A stretch of DNA of 64,000 bases, from contig JAQGDQ010000137.1 in assembly GCA_030141605.1 (NCBI GenBank), positions 456,796 to 520,795 on the forward strand, given 5' to 3'. The translations under genes were made by a program, and so were the position numbers. The DNA comes from Tubiluchus corallicola (Eukaryota; Animalia; Priapulida). Of this stretch, positions 24,970 to 37,628 are shown piece by piece. Numbering within the stretch: position 1 is the stretch's first letter; each line of letters opens with the position of its first letter. Below the pieces are notes generated by a model that was not told the DNA's origin, did no database searches, and worked only from the letters and a program-made list of their open reading frames with translations.

Positions 24970-26034
24970 GTAATAAAAATTTCTATCAGTATCCATCCTC
25001 ACAGTAGTTGCCAAACAGTGGTGTTAGCTTAATCAAGTTATTTTAAATTTACAAAAATATTAAATGTTAAATATTAAAAAATAATAGTCTTTCTATCTTT
25101 TATATCATCCCATATATGAGCTTCATTCATTACGTCATTCCATTTTCAGCACTAATGTTTTTTTTAATCACGATTCACTTTAAATTTTCAGATTATCTCC
25201 ATATTTTTTTTTCTATCACTGTGTGGGACAATTTAACAAGCCCTGCTTCTTGATTGCCCACAACACATTTACCTGCGTGCATAAGTGAACAGTGTTTGAG
25301 GCTTTTTCTGTGCAGTAATTCTTATTTGTATTATATCCATTGTAGGCCCTTTCACTAGATATTGTATAATCATTGTAAATGTGTAAGGTGAAATAAATGA
25401 CTTATGACTTATAAAAGAATAGTTATAATTGTAAGAATCAAGGAATAAGCGACGTCCTATACACGAACTTTGAGTGTCGCAAGGAAGCCAATCTTTATGC
25501 TGTAGAAAAAACAATACAGTTGTGAAAAATGTTGCTATTTAAATTTAAATTACGCCATTATGCCATTATGTGTGAACATCGCAAATTGTTCTTTAAAATA
25601 AAAAAGGCAGATTTTGTAAATGTCCTCTTGTCGTTGACTCTGGTGGAATACACAGAACTACACATGCGCAGACGCTTGCTCGAAACAGAACTGTACATTC
25701 GTATCACATCTGCCATGTAATTATAAAAATTTTGATGTTTATTAAAAGCTCTTATTTCGCAGATCCAATAAATCGGTAAATCTGACTATTTCCTGTTTAA
25801 TTTTAAAAGTTGAAATTGCCCTACAGTAATTACGTACACACTTGTATCAGTAAGGAAATAATTAGGATGAATGTTTTGTTAAATAACAATTATTACCTGC
25901 GTTTTTATGTCTAAGGGAAAATGCGAATGATAATCATTTACTCGTCTTATCTTTATCTCTTTTGTCAGTGATGTTCTTATATAAAAGCAATGACGAGCAC
26001 GTTTTTAAATGCAAATTTTATACTACTTAAAAAT

Positions 26035-26290
26035 ATTATTAGTTAAAACACCACATTTTAGTTTACATAGTTAATGATCTTGCCAAACGTTTCATCAGAA
26101 CTACTGCTGTCATCGTCGGGTGGCAAATTTTTACGAACCTACAACAAGATATATATATAAACTGGTTGCATTTTTGTAAAAAAAATTACCACTGATGATG
26201 ACAGCAGTAGTTCTGTTGAAACGTTTGGCATAATTTTTAAGTATGTAAGTTAAAAATTTTAATAAAATTGCGGTGTTTTAACTATAAATG
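26035..26290. mobile_element. Palindromic Penelope-related element with minimal hammerhead-ribozyme-like motifs in both arms
   Basis: Plus arm CCA-CTGATGA-TGACAG-CAGTAGTT-CTGTT-GAAACG-TT-TGG (26189-26228); degenerate inverted copy at 26081-26123; inverted similarity extends to GTTAAAACACC / GGTGTTTTAAC. Confidence 0.65.
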
Positions 26291-28714
26291 TTTCTATTAC
26301 TACTATTGCCGCCACCGGTTTATCATGTTGTTTTTTCAGCACAATCTTTCCAAAGCGAAGTAGCTTTTGAGTATTGTTTCTGTGCGCTATCATTAAGCTA
26401 TTATCAAGCTAATATAAAGCAATTATCTTCCGACGACGAACTTGGATTCGATTTGATAAGCTTCTTTGTTTGTTTTTTTTACATTGTATTTAATTATGTA
26501 TCCTATACAGATCGTTTGCTGACCCCGTGTGCGTATTTAAAGGAAAAAAGCAAGTATATCCCCAAGAACTTTCTTCTCATAGTTACATTACTTAGCACTA
26601 CGCTTACGTGTTTGAAAAACTTATGTAATTTCAACAGAAAATTCTTAATAATTTAAAAATATTCGTGCCAACTGGTAAACGGCACAAACTCACTTTTCCA
26701 GTGTGCCCCCACTGCTTCATCAAAAAACACAATGTTGATCTCACTGACAGTATAAAGTAGTTTATACTTTTGCTTAGTCAATGAAGAGAACATGTTTCAA
26801 AGGACTTACTGTTAAAATGGCTGTCCCTAATGGTCATCGCAGGAGTTTATACAGCGTTACTGCTAACACAAACTTTGCGCGTAATAAGACATCATAAAAC
26901 TAATACACTGATTTCACGAATTTTTAAGCTTTATTTACAAAAAGTTTTTTCTTATACTCTAAATGTAAAAGGCATAATTAAGCTAGTTTATTTATTGTTT
27001 CTCGATTTTTTTAAATTTGGAGTGTGCATAAATTTGTTTATATTGTTATTTTGTGAAATGGGCATAACGCGCTGAAGACTATTTTCCAGTCTCAAACCAC
27101 CTCCCATAACTATAGCATTTTTTGCTACTTTCTGTAGTGCTCTATTCTTATGAACAGCCTAGCTTTAAATTACAAGTGAATAGTACACAAATTAGGCCCT
27201 ATATAGCTTGCAACTTGTACCGAATGAAAATGTCTGTTTTTTCATTTCAGGATTTACAACTATGCCGGCTAAGAAGTAAATTATGTAAAATAAATTAAAT
27301 TTAAATAATTAACTTTTAAAGTTGAAATGATTCCTGTGATGGATTCTGTTTTAAAACTACAGCGTATTGTATTTGGAACTATTTATTTTTATCCAGTAAT
27401 CGTTTGCGTTTATTAATGGCTCAATTTAAATGACATTTTATTTTTACACTTAATGTTGCTTAACTTCATTCTTGAATGTTTGCAAAATTTGGCTGGGGGG
27501 TTCCTATAAAAAAATTGTGCAACAGAGACGTGAAACCACAGACAAAACTACCGTACGGCTGTGATTCATCGCTATAATATAATATAAGACATATCGATCG
27601 TCTATTGTTCTATTGTGAACTAATTTATAGAAAATTAATTAATTCACCGCTCAAACTGTGCAATTTATCAATCGATCTTATTTATAAAAAATTTTCAGGT
27701 GTCATTATTTCCAATACTGTAATGGACAAGGGAATGAGAGCAGCACGTACAGGAGACATCGCTAACACACAATGCGCGCCCCTACAAATATAGAAAAGAC
27801 AGGAGCGCAGAGAAAGCTAACGCAGCCATACCTAAGAAAAATTTTCGATTGAGACTGCCAAGCAAGCGGACCATCTGTCAAATGTAAGTTTTATGTACAA
27901 AGTGTAGATTTTATTTAGCTAAACACAAAAATTTTTAAAGGAACGAACAAGTCACTCAGTACGTTGGGTTTATTTTACTGTTATCAATCACTTAGTAAAC
28001 TTGGAAAAATACAAAAAAGGAATTTGCAAAGAACTGCCTATAAACCATTGATTTAAAATATATTATCTATGAATAGAAATTTTCATGCATGGTGGTTGCC
28101 ACCATTCACTTGAAAATCATGACGTAACTGGAAGACTTCATGGCTTAAACATTAAAAATTAGCTATTATTTTTTGTGAAATTTTTATACTTCTGGTGAAG
28201 ATTGGCAGTGCGCTACGTTTCTTCAAGACGAATGGCATCATTGGAAGAAAAAGGGAAAATGCGAGCTTCCAAGCATGAAGTGATCGCTACTTTAAAGTGA
28301 TTTTATTAGTTAGACGAGGCGCTTATTGCAGTTTTATTACTAAATCCTTATAACATTGGAAATTCGCGAACTCCTAAAAATCTTTACCTTTCCTTTAATT
28401 TCTAAAATTTTGGTTCTTTAATTACTTAATTAGATGTTTCCCTAATTTGAAAGTTTCCCTAATTTGAAATTGTGGAAATTCAACAATGACTTAAAATGGC
28501 TGCATCTAACTGTCCTTGCGAGACTTTAATGTGAAAAGTTTTATGCGGCTTTACTGCTAATACAAGATCTGTACGCAATAAGATTGCATGTAAGTGATAC
28601 AAAATTTCAAGGCGATTTTTTAACTTTATTTCTGGAGAACAAATATTCAACTTTGATAATTATTTTAGATTCAAATCAATCCTGATAATGTTCGGATGAC
28701 ACGAGGCAACACTA

Positions 28715-28765
28715 ACAACAGCAGCAGCGGCAGCAGCAACAGCAGCAACAACAGCAACAACAAGA
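28715..28765. repeat. (CAA/CAG)n microsatellite next to the hAT insertion
   Basis: Seen directly; a (GCA)n tract resumes at ~29565-29583. Confidence 0.8.
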
Positions 28766-28771
28766 ACAAAC

Positions 28772-29482
28772 CAGGGGCGGAACTAGGAGGGGGCGAATTT
28801 GCGCCCCCCCCCGCCAAATCACGTGATTACATGTTACATGTCTGGGAATAGGGAAGACGACAAAGTTGTATCACCTAGAAAACGGCAGAAAACTTTAGAC
28901 TTTTTTATCCAAGGAAGTAAAAAGGAATCAGCATGTAAAGATGCAACTGCAGAAGTCCAAAAAGATTATCCTGCCTCTGCCAGTGGAAAGGATCAATCAG
29001 TTTCAAAAGTTACAGAAGACGAGAAACAACCGGAGTCTTCTACTCATAACATGAACACAAGAGCAAATGACTTAGGGCCTGTGTCTGAGAAACCACGACA
29101 ACCACATATGACGAAATATCCGAAAACTGGCCAAGGAAAGAATGCTCGTTCTTTTCAGTCTAGTTGGTTCGGGAAACGCTCATGGCTGGAGTACTCGAAG
29201 CAGACAGACGCAGCATTTTGTTTTGCATGCAGGCATTTTGGTAAACAAAGACAGATTACTTGGACTGAAGTCGGATTTAAAAAATGGAAAGACGCAATGC
29301 ATGATATGCAAAAGCACGAAGAGACGGAATCACACAAGGACATTATGGCAGATGAAGCAAGAGATGGAAGAAGAGAATTGCTAGCACTGTGAGTGAAACC
29401 ATTATTTAACCACTTCGGATACCTCGCCCTCCCAAAAATTTTTTGCCCCCCCCCCTGCTTGCCACATCTAGTTCTGCCCCTG
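28772..29482 (+). mobile_element. Internally deleted hAT transposon (711 bp) with 8-bp TSD
   Basis: TIRs CAGGGGCGGAACTAG / CTAGTTCTGCCCCTG; TSD GAACAAAC at 28764-28771 and 29483-29490. Confidence 0.9.
28838..29392 (+). CDS. Truncated hAT transposase N-terminus: NLS plus TTF-type zinc finger (ZMYM1-like), 184 aa, no catalytic domain
   Basis: RSFQSSWFGKRSWLEYSKQTDAAFCFACRHF..GFKKWKDA..KHEETESH matches the ZnF_TTF pattern; SPRKRQK is NLS-like; open from ATG 28838 to TGA. Confidence 0.7.
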   Translation: MSGNREDDKVVSPRKRQKTLDFFIQGSKKESACKDATAEVQKDYPASASGKDQSVSKVTEDEKQPESSTHNMNTRANDLGPVSEKPRQPHMTKYPKTGQGKNARSFQSSWFGKRSWLEYSKQTDAAFCFACRHFGKQRQITWTEVGFKKWKDAMHDMQKHEETESHKDIMADEARDGRRELLAL

Positions 29483-31194
29483 GAACAAACATCAAGAATA
29501 TGACAGTGTAGCAGTCGATTCATAAAAAAAAGTCCTATGGTGCTGTGGATATTCCAAAATCATGGCAGCAGCAGCAGCAGCAAAGCATCTTCCACATTGC
29601 AACAGGTTTGCCAAGCAATCTGTTAAGGTTATGTAAATATTATTGATTTTACGTTGTCATAGAATGCCAATATTGACCCTGTTACTGATATTGACTCTCT
29701 CCAAACATAGAAAATTAATTGCAATCAAATTTCGTTTTTACAAAAGTGGTTATAATTTGTTAAATGTGACATTTTGCATAATTGAAAATGTTGTTTTGAA
29801 ACAATCATTTTCTCCAACTGTTCTCTGCATTAATTTGCCCTATTTTTTCTCGAATTTTTAGGACAGCGCCTGTTCACGAATCTGTATTTCTTTTTTTAGA
29901 TCGCCTCTCTTGAAAATGGCCTAGCGTCGAACTTTTGTTTGAAATCGTCCCTCTAGCTGTAGATATTAGGTGCAATTTGAAATTAATATTCTTAACAACA
30001 GTTGTGGCAAAGTAGACTGTATTGTTCTTTAAATGACAAGAAAAGGCCCAGTTAAAGCAAGTCTCAGAAAATCGTCCCCCCAAAAATCGCAACGGCGTGT
30101 ATAGTAAATTTGCGTATTGTAAAACACAAAAACACCACCTAGAAGAATTCGTACTTAAATGGTTCTTCTTCAAGACAGCCATAAAATGTAGCAGAACTTT
30201 TGAAAACTGTGTCGTTACACAAATACATGCGTTTCAATTCGAATCGACCCTCTAAAATTTGGCATTACTGTATGAAATATTACGCCCCTAATGAGTGAAC
30301 AGGAAACTGAGAAATGGATAACGATTTCAAAAATAACTTTAGAAAAAAATTCCGTCCTTCAATTCACAAAATAATTTTTTAGAACCATTTATATGCTTAG
30401 TGAAGTAACTAGTGAAGTAACTAGCACTTCAGTGTATGTGGTCCCGTTTAGGTTTTATACAAGAGGAGTAACTAACAGTAATACTAAGTCGAGTCCAAAA
30501 AGAAATTAGGAGATAGGAATTAAAAATTAGCATAAAAGGTGCTAATATTTAAGCAATGAAGTTACTTTTACTCAAAACATAATACAATATAGCACAAAAC
30601 AATTTTTTTTGTTCAAATTCAATTGTCTATTTTTGTTTTTACTAGATGCATCCCAATCCGCTTGCATGTGTTAGTATCATGATGGGCGTGTATAGAAGGG
30701 GGGGGGCAAAAACATTTTTAATTTTGCAGCAACAATCTCTTTCAGTTCAGTGTTTCCTTCAACAGGTTTTCCTTAATAGTAACTAGAATCCGGGCCTGCT
30801 ACAACCATTCAACATTGCTAATAAGACCATAATCTCATTGCTAGTAAGACCATTAAGGCCTTAAATATTCAAATCTGAGCTTTCTACATGGGCTTCAATT
30901 TACGTTTTGGGACGTACAGACAACATGAAGCCTGTCACTGAAGTCACTCTGCTGCTTGAGAAGTTAGATCACAAGCTATGAAAAGGGAAGGCAAATGAAG
31001 GCAGGGTGGTCAAGCATATTACAAGGTAGATTCCGCCCTGTTGAGTGTGTAACGTACCAGACAAGAGCTCTGCCCTCAGACTCATCGCTAGCAGGGTGAG
31101 GGTTGAGGGTCAACATCTGATTTGGGTCAACAGCTGTGGTCAGGTTTTAGTGTATCCTGTAATGGTGAACTATGGGTAAAGCTTTAGTCACTCT

Positions 31195-31340
31195 TTCACT
31201 CTTTTCCTCTCTCTCTCTCCCTTCTCTCTGTCATTCGCTCTCTTTTCTTTCATTTTCTCTCTCTCTCTCTCTCGCTCTCTCTCTCTCCCCTCTCTCCTCT
31301 CTCTCTCTCTCTCTCTCGCTCTCTCTCTCTCCCCTCTCTC
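31195..31340. repeat. Imperfect (CT)n microsatellite
   Basis: Seen directly. Confidence 0.9.
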
Positions 31341-32629
31341 AATTCGTTGACTATCAATGGGACATTCCAATACCCAGTCTTCAGGAATTTCTTTATAAAT
31401 GTTAAATCTCGTAACTTTACTAATTTATCAGGTTGAATTTTTACCATGGAACTATTAGGAGCTTTTTGCAGTAACTGTTTTGTCATAAGTGTCTGACTTG
31501 CAGAATTTTGCAAAGTGATCATGATATTTCAGTGAAGGGGACTGTGATGACTAGGATGTAAGATGTAATTTAGCATAACTCAAAATTGATTTTATGAACA
31601 TTTGCATAAAAGTGAAACATTTGCGTCATCGTGTTGCTCACAACCCAAGGTTTTCTCGGTCACTGTATGGCTGATCTTAGGAAAAATTTGGAGAAAAATA
31701 GATTAACTATTTGATATTTAATGCATTTATTGGAAACAAGTTTACTTTCCACTATCAAATATTACAGAGTCGGAGAATTGATTCTTTAGTCTGATATTCG
31801 TTATGAGTTTTAACAAAACAGACTTTTACTTCATTTTCAAGCTGCTGCCTGCTTCTAGTACAGTAATTAAGTAATTAGTGATAACTAGTAATAATTAGTG
31901 CCGATAATTAATAGTATTACATTAGGTCATTATTACAAGGCATAATAAGGAAGGCCCATAGCTGCTAGATAAGGATGTAATTAGAAAAGTGGAGCTTCTT
32001 CAGCCATGAGCGTGTTTTTCTAATTTAAGTAACATCTTTTTGGCACAAATTTCATGACAATTTCGCTAGATGGCTTAAGAAACCCCACCCTTAGTTATAA
32101 TGTACTAATATTAAAATTAACTAATTCATAGTTATTTAGGATTACACTCAAAATTTTACAAAATTAGCAATTCGCGCGAAGTTTGGTCAGGGGTGATACA
32201 AAAATCTGCAGCTATATTTTGTAAAATTTTGACTATCTTAATTAAGATTCAATTTAGTTAGTTAATTAGTTTTAATTGAGAAATTGATTCGTAATTACTA
32301 ACTCCCCTATATTAGCAGAATGGCAGTGATGGCAGCTTGAGTTGTGAAGTATTAGATGATTAAAAGCTTTTAAAGTAGCGCTCTTGTAATTTTATAAAAT
32401 GCTTTTTGATTTTTATGATGATTTGTTTATTATGTTTGGATCTCTTATTAGACCTCTTATGGTTAGATGTCAAATTTTGACTCTTTTCAGAGGCTTTATG
32501 TTTACTCAAATGGAGTTGACGACTTCGTCAAAATGAAGAAAAACAAAACACATTTTCCCGCTGGACATTTCTCAACTATTTTATTTTGCTAAAATTATCA
32601 TTATTTTTCCATTAACGTGCTTGAAATTA

Positions 32630-32935
32630 AGTGAGCAACCAATTTTTTTTGCCCGCCATGGATGCCACTAAAAATTCAGAATTCAACTTTTCCGCTGTGC
32701 ACACGCATGAGCTGCCGAATCTGTTTAGTTCGTCACAAACACAACTCAACTGAGAGGTACAACACCCGTTTTTGTGCAATGCTTTCCGAAATGCAGGCTC
32801 TAGTGTACGTCTAACTAGCGAATGGCGAAATGCAGTTAACAGTGAAGAACTAGTGGTGCGAACGTGAAATTGTGTCTGTATTAATAATTCTTTCACGTAA
32901 GTCATTTTTGAAAAAGTAGTATGTAAAAACAAAAT
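32630..32935 (-). mobile_element. Dispersed repeat family copy B
   Basis: AACTGAGAGGTACAACACCCGTTTT, GTCTAACTAGCGAATGGCGAAATGCA and TAATAATTCTTTCAC are reverse complements of blocks in copies A and C. Confidence 0.65.
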
Positions 32936-35900
32936 TTAATATTGCAGAGCTTTTCCTTATGGTTTGAGGTTTTGTACAAGAGAACGTAGGAATTACTGTA
33001 ATTGTCAGTCATTTTTAATTCTGATTTATGTTCGGGAACTCCATTTTTTTAGCTAAAAATACCAATTTACTAACTAATGCTTTATAAGTGGGATTTAAAT
33101 TTAATCAATTTTTTATTGCAATCTGTCACGTTATTCTCCAAGTTGTTTCAATTCTTAGTTGTTGATTCTTATTGCTCAGTAACATTAAAATTTGACTGTG
33201 AGAGTTAACACACAACAAGAACTTTTTGCTGAAAGAAAAACACCACATAATCGTGAGGAGTGCTCCAGTGAAAGTTTGGTAAGCAGAGCAATTTTTCTGT
33301 TTTACCTAGGAAAGCGAAGCATTTTTTCTGTTCTACCTATGATTTTGTATTGAATGCGAGAGCTAACTAAGAAAAACTGATATAATATAGTTTTTAAATA
33401 CAGTTCGTCACTCTGGAAGCCAAGATCCAATGCTCAAATAACGGGGCCTGTCACTAATGTTGGGTGCTATATAATTTTTTGAAGTTTCACGAATGCAAAG
33501 TCATGATTGATAAATTGGTTTGATTACTTAAAGTAAAAAAATGTTATTAAGAGTCATTCCATGAGAAATCAGCAAAATAGTGGAAGGTGACAAATCACCG
33601 ATTTTGTTCATATTCACAGGGTTTGATGGTCCCCTCAGATGTACCCCACAGCCAAAATATTAGATTTCAGAAATGAGCCGTTTCTGAGAAAAGCCGCCAT
33701 TTTGATTTTTTTCGGATTTTGGCCATTTTGGCCATTTTGGCGTAAAAAACTGCCCATTATTTCTCACGTTATTACAGACAGTAAATGAGCGATCCAGCAC
33801 TAGTTAATTGGTGATATATATAGTAGGGGTCTTACCCTACCGTACCATTATCGTTGCCATATTGAACCTCCTTTTCAGTTGTTGTCATCAGATTGCAAAA
33901 GATACGTGTCTGCTGCTGCTGAATTTAGACGCCATTTTGAAATCCCCATAACTCCACTGGGGCGGGTATCGGTAGACTAATCAATATATTTTTATTTGCA
34001 GCTTGACTAGTCCTACAAATGTATGAAATAAAATTTTGGCCAGCGATCTCCCAAGAGTCCAGAATTTTTAGCCAAAGTTGCTCTTTTTTGCCATTTTCAC
34101 AACCTTGACCTATATTTAGCTATTCGCCTTTGGATGACGGTGTTGCCATTAGAATCGATACAAAGTGCAGCAAAGTCAATGTTTATAGTAGTAATGGACT
34201 GGCTTTAGATGTCTGGGCACTCCTAGCAACCAGGCCCCTCATCAGGGGGCCGCATTCCCTTCGAAGGGCCCCTGTGACGATTACAACATAGTGATTTTTA
34301 TAATCTGTATAAAACACGGAATAGTTTCATGTACATAATAACAGTTTCGTGTCCAAGTGCTCGGGCTATATACCTATGGCCCGTGGATCAATACGGGGGC
34401 CTCGGGAGGCCCCCACTGTCTACAGCTGACATAGGTATTGGGTGTGGTGTCTGTCTAAAAGTGGGGCTTTTCGTTCTTGTATATGACAAAGTTTCTTGTT
34501 TATTTCAAGCAGCAAACCTTCTATCCAGCACCCTTGACGAAAATGAGAGGTTTTCGATCATCTATGAATCTTTTTTGCAATCCAGTTAACTATACTGCAA
34601 AACTCTTGACCAGATACTGACCATTCCCGATAAAATTATTTTACGTTGCTTTTTGGGATTGAAATATTTGGTGCGGTTTGCTTCATAAATCCAAGTATTT
34701 ACATATAGTTTAATTAAAAATTTAAATACTACACTTATTGAGAAGACTAAAGTAGAGCTGAAACCGTTTACTGATTTTATTGCAAAATTGGCAATAAAAC
34801 TTACAATTCAAATTTTTGTAACAGATTAGTTGTATTTCTTAAACTCTGTTCAGCTCAATGAAAGGGCGCAAAAAGTCCGTTGTAGATGCTAGGTAAAAGA
34901 TGTCAATTTTTAATTTTTCTTCAAAAGGTCAAGGTAAAAAATATTTTTGTATTGGGTCATATAATAATTATGAAAATCGGGACATGTACAACACCATCAA
35001 TGTTGTGTTTCAAATTGTGTTACAGACTGTCAAAGTGGAGGGCAATGTTCAAACTGAAGACACGCCTGTTCTTCAAAAACGAATTGAATCGAATTTGATA
35101 TTTTTTGTCATTTTTTACCTTTGTTAACTGTATATAACTAGTTAATGTATATATTTATTCAAACAACAATGACCTTATTACCAGTTAATCAAGTCAAGTA
35201 TTTTGCCGAACAGATTACACTTTTTATACGATGAATGGTATCGAAAATTTTAATTTCATTTTAATTTTAATGCCTAGACAGAAAAAATGAATGTTAATTT
35301 GATCAAATGAAAACACTGAATGACCTGATACATTATTTACTAACAACTGCTGTAATTAAACGAACTTTGTATTCTGTTTGTAAAATATGCATAACTCTTA
35401 CATTTTAATGTTTTAATTATAATTGCATTTGTCTGTCTTTCTGTTGTGCAGTACTTAATCATTAATCACGAAAATAATATAGTACTGTACAACCGTGCAC
35501 AACCAGAATAATACAGGCTAATATGAGGCAGTAAAACCAATAGCAAGGTTAACGATAAGTTGAATGAAAAGTGATTGTATTCACAAATTTCGGTAAGTTT
35601 CAGAAACTTCTCGACAAATAGAAATGAATTATGGAATTATACGTTTTCATTATTTAGTCAAATAAATTGAATTGAATACGCGATGTTCTGAAATGACATA
35701 TGGATTTACAAAAATTAGAAGAATCAATTTTTTAAAGTTTGTAGACAAAATTTAACAAGCCATAATGATTATTACATGTCTTATATTGTAACATCGCTAC
35801 AGCTCACAGTCATATTGGCTTTATTAATATTATAATAATTTGAAACATTGTTAAACAATAATTTTAATATTTTTTCATTTCTGGGGACACGGCTTTTTTA

Positions 35901-36489
35901 TTAAAAAAAGAAGAAAGAATAAAGTTGTAAAAAATATAATAAAAAAATCCTTAAATGGCAAATCCAAATGGCTTAAAAAATGAAGTTCATAAAGATCTTC
36001 GAAGGGTTGTCACTGTCCGATGAAATACATGCAGGTTTTATGATTTCTTTAACCTGGAAATGCTAATTATAGACGAGTGATGTGTCAGCGATTGAGGACA
36101 CTGTTTATAAGTCGACTGGAAGCGGATCAGAACTAAATAATTGTCTTCATCGCCACTCGGATGAGGGAGTGTGACATTGATGTTTGTCGATATGAAATGG
36201 AGGAGCCATTCAAGGAGTTGTTGAAGATCCTATATGACGTGGCATAGTTGATGAGAAATAGAGATGCTACATAGACAGAATAAAGCACAGTGCACCACCT
36301 TCGACCAACTCACTGTGTGTGTGGACAGGCTGTGCGAGAATTGAATTCATTTTTTGAATTATTATGTTGTTCTTTTTCAAGTTAATTCATTACCAATACA
36401 ATACCTGCTCTTATAACAGTACTCAGTAAACAATTTTAGCCTTTAGAATATTAATTTGTCATACCTGCCCTCATAAAGCTACTCAATTA

Positions 36490-36918
36490 CCGTATATACT
36501 CGCATATAAGCCGACCCCCTAAACTGCTTTAAAATGGCCAGTTTTTGCAAAAACCCGTATATAAGCCGACCATCAACTTGTCTAATTTTACTCCATACCC
36601 AATCAACAAAATTGATCCCTTTTTGTCACATATATTTATACATTTTTAATATTTTTTATCTAATGAATACAAAAAGCAGACATTTATTGAAATGTGAATT
36701 TTTTCTAAAAAAAGTGGGTGGACGGCGATCCCCCTCCAATACACCACTGGTGACACACAACCAAATAAAGAGTCAGATAGCGATGAAAATGTGCCTGGAA
36801 AATTGGCATTAGTGTCTGTCCTTGTGTTCATTTTGTTTCATGCGCATATAAGCCGACCCCCTGATTTCAGTATTGTATTTTATAGTTCTAAATTCGGCTT
36901 ATATGCGAGTATATACGG
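36490..36918. mobile_element. Tc1/mariner (pogo-like) MITE with TA TSD
   Basis: TA|CCGTATATACTCGCATATAAGCCGA ... TCGGCTTATATGCGAGTATATACGG|TA, perfect ~25-bp TIRs; internal ATATAAGCCGACC repeats. Confidence 0.9.
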
Positions 36919-37628
36919 TAAGTAACTTTGGCTGCTAGAATATTAATTTGACGCTATAAATGTGTTTATGTGAGTTTCTGTGTGTTACTGTATTGTTATT
37001 TATTGTTGTAACTGTATTTTGAATATGAACTTTAAGTTTGGAACTAACAATAAATCAATCAATCAAATGAGAAAACCTGTAGAGGTGAATTAATAAAATT
37101 GTTTTATCAGTTTAATGTATGCTCAAGATTTCATTCCTAAAATAAAAAACTTCGTGAGTGAAAGTTTTTTGTGATGAAAAAAATTCCAATGCTGCACAAA
37201 CCTGTAAATGTAAAATTTTAGGTCGTTTCACTCATATTGCTATGAAATTACTTTCCAGTTTCATGGGACTAAAGTTAAGTGCAAAAATAACTAATTTTTT
37301 ATGCAACCTGAATCCTTCAACGAAAACCTGGCACAGTAGTAAAACAAAAATCTTAGCAATGAAAAGCATAATTTCAGTTACACATATTTAGTGGTACAAA
37401 ACTGCATGTAAAATGCATGAATTTTGATATTGTATCTCAACAATGTAAGAACAGCGCTGAATTGAATAATGTGAACAAGTAAAATTATAAAACTGTCTAG
37501 CTTTGCAAGGTACATTCCTTGTACTCATACAACCTTAAATTCAAATCTATATTAATTGCATGTGTAATTTAATTTTTAAACTGGTTTGTTGTGAAATGCT
37601 AAAAATTACTTCAGCAACTTTCCACAAA

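Noticed and set aside
33550-36340. Repeat-like region with a GC-rich patch (34210-34420) and coding-like patch (36060-36340)
   Set aside because: Probably nested transposon remnants, but I could not identify matching termini, TSDs or a recognisable protein, so no feature is called.
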